From the NCBI GenBank assembly GCA_000708835.1, contig DF237266.1, forward strand, positions 1 to 64,000: a stretch of DNA of 64,000 nt, given 5' to 3'. Both the position numbers and the translations under genes were made by a program. Source of the stretch: Klebsormidium nitens (taxonomy: Eukaryota > Plantae > Klebsormidiophyceae). Of the stretch, positions 62,885 through 64,000 are shown piece by piece. Position 1 is the first letter of the stretch. Each line of letters begins with the position of its first letter. The notes beneath the pieces are model-generated. The model ran no database searches. It was not told the origin of the DNA and worked only from the letters and a program-made list of their open reading frames with translations.

Positions 62885-64000
62885 GTTGTGTAACAGATTG
62901 TCTGATCAGATCTAGCATCATTGACTGCGCCGTACGCTCTATGCGACTTTCAAGTCCCTCTTTCTATTCTGTGAACAGCGGTTGGCGGTATTCTGCACTA
63001 CATGTGGTCCGCATGCTACCTGTGCCCTTGCCGGCCAACTCGTGTAAGCCTTGATGTATCATAGTTACGAGCTTCAGATCCCTGCATTTTCAACGTCGCA
63101 CCTGTGAAGTTCTTAATCAAGTTGCACAAAACTCCTGTGGTTGTGCGGCTTGGCCTGCTATCTTCACCTCATGACAGTTCGACGTTTCGAGAGGCTCAAA
63201 TATGTACGGGCATGATCAAAGTGCATTCACGGAGCTAGTTGATTGATACTGCGTAATATTTAACTGTTGCGAACCTGGTCGCAAGAGTGCTGTACCTGAA
63301 GCAACCCAAGCTCCCCCCCCCCAATTACACAATTCGTAACCGGGTGCCAGGTGCGCGGCCAGTGGCGGTGTCCTTGGATTTCTCCGCACATGTGTGCGCA
63401 AAGTCACTTCCAGTGCACGTTGTGCGAAACGTTACGCTGTATAGAGCTAGCTTGTGCTAGCCAAAACACGTGGAACATCATGTGAATTAAGGTGCCCGCA
63501 TCATTAGGGTTTGCATACCTTGTTGGACATGACTCGTAGCCGTAGCAAGTTGCGGAGTCAAAAAACAAATTCCCAGCCGCGCCGGAAACCGTGCTCCACG
63601 CCGGGCCACATGGCGGCTAAGGGCGTTAATAAATTGGAAACGTTACCATCATGCAGCGATGCGATATATGCATTTGAGATGGGTACTAATGTAACCGATA
63701 AGCTCTGTACGCTTCCGTGTCAAAACACGTCCATGCAAAGCTAGACTCAGCTAGATAGGTGCATGCTGGCACATGCAGCAATCGAGAAGCTTACCATGAA
63801 CCGATCTCTGATCCATCAAAATACAGGATTGAAAAAAGTAATATGTACTACAAAACGCTGTCGCATGCGAGAGCCCTGCCAAGCAACTGAAATTACATTT
63901 TCTCAAGTGCCGATGGCTGTCGGACCCCTGAAAATGCCAAGAACGAGTCTATCTATGTGCAGCATTTTTTTGCGAACAACTTGGCTTTATGCCGTACCGT

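Overview
This is eukaryotic nuclear DNA: compact, intron-rich, roughly half GC, with GT-AG introns. Gene content (PsbP-domain lumen protein, armadillo-repeat kinesin, TPR-fused OXA2, farnesylcysteine lyase, plus a flagellar SHIPPO/ODF3-type repeat gene) points to a streptophyte green alga, Klebsormidium-like; the taxon is an inference. By hand-splicing exons I support 11 protein-coding loci, nearly all in alternating orientation: organellar IF3 (-), OXA2-TPR insertase (+), ARK kinesin (-), PIG-Y (+), FCLY (-), a TM9SF/EMP70 gene that stops before its transmembrane half (+), SVOP/OCT7-like MFS transporter (-), PPD7 (+), a membrane-anchored Canopy/saposin-like protein (+), SHIPPO/STPG repeat protein (-) and mitochondrial ATP synthase subunit d (+). 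There are two non-autonomous DNA transposons: a TA-flanked Tc1/mariner-type MITE and a Mutator-like element with a 9-bp TSD carrying spaced telo-box-like motifs. Several small tandem repeats occur, one of which duplicates a splice acceptor. I found no CRISPR array, rRNA or credible tRNA. The best leads are the ectodomain-only TM9SF, the ~758-aa IF3 with an acidic/NLS-like tail head-to-head with OXA2, the duplicated acceptor that could yield a TPR-less OXA2, and the type-I membrane Canopy-like protein. All exon structures were read by eye and have no transcript confirmation.
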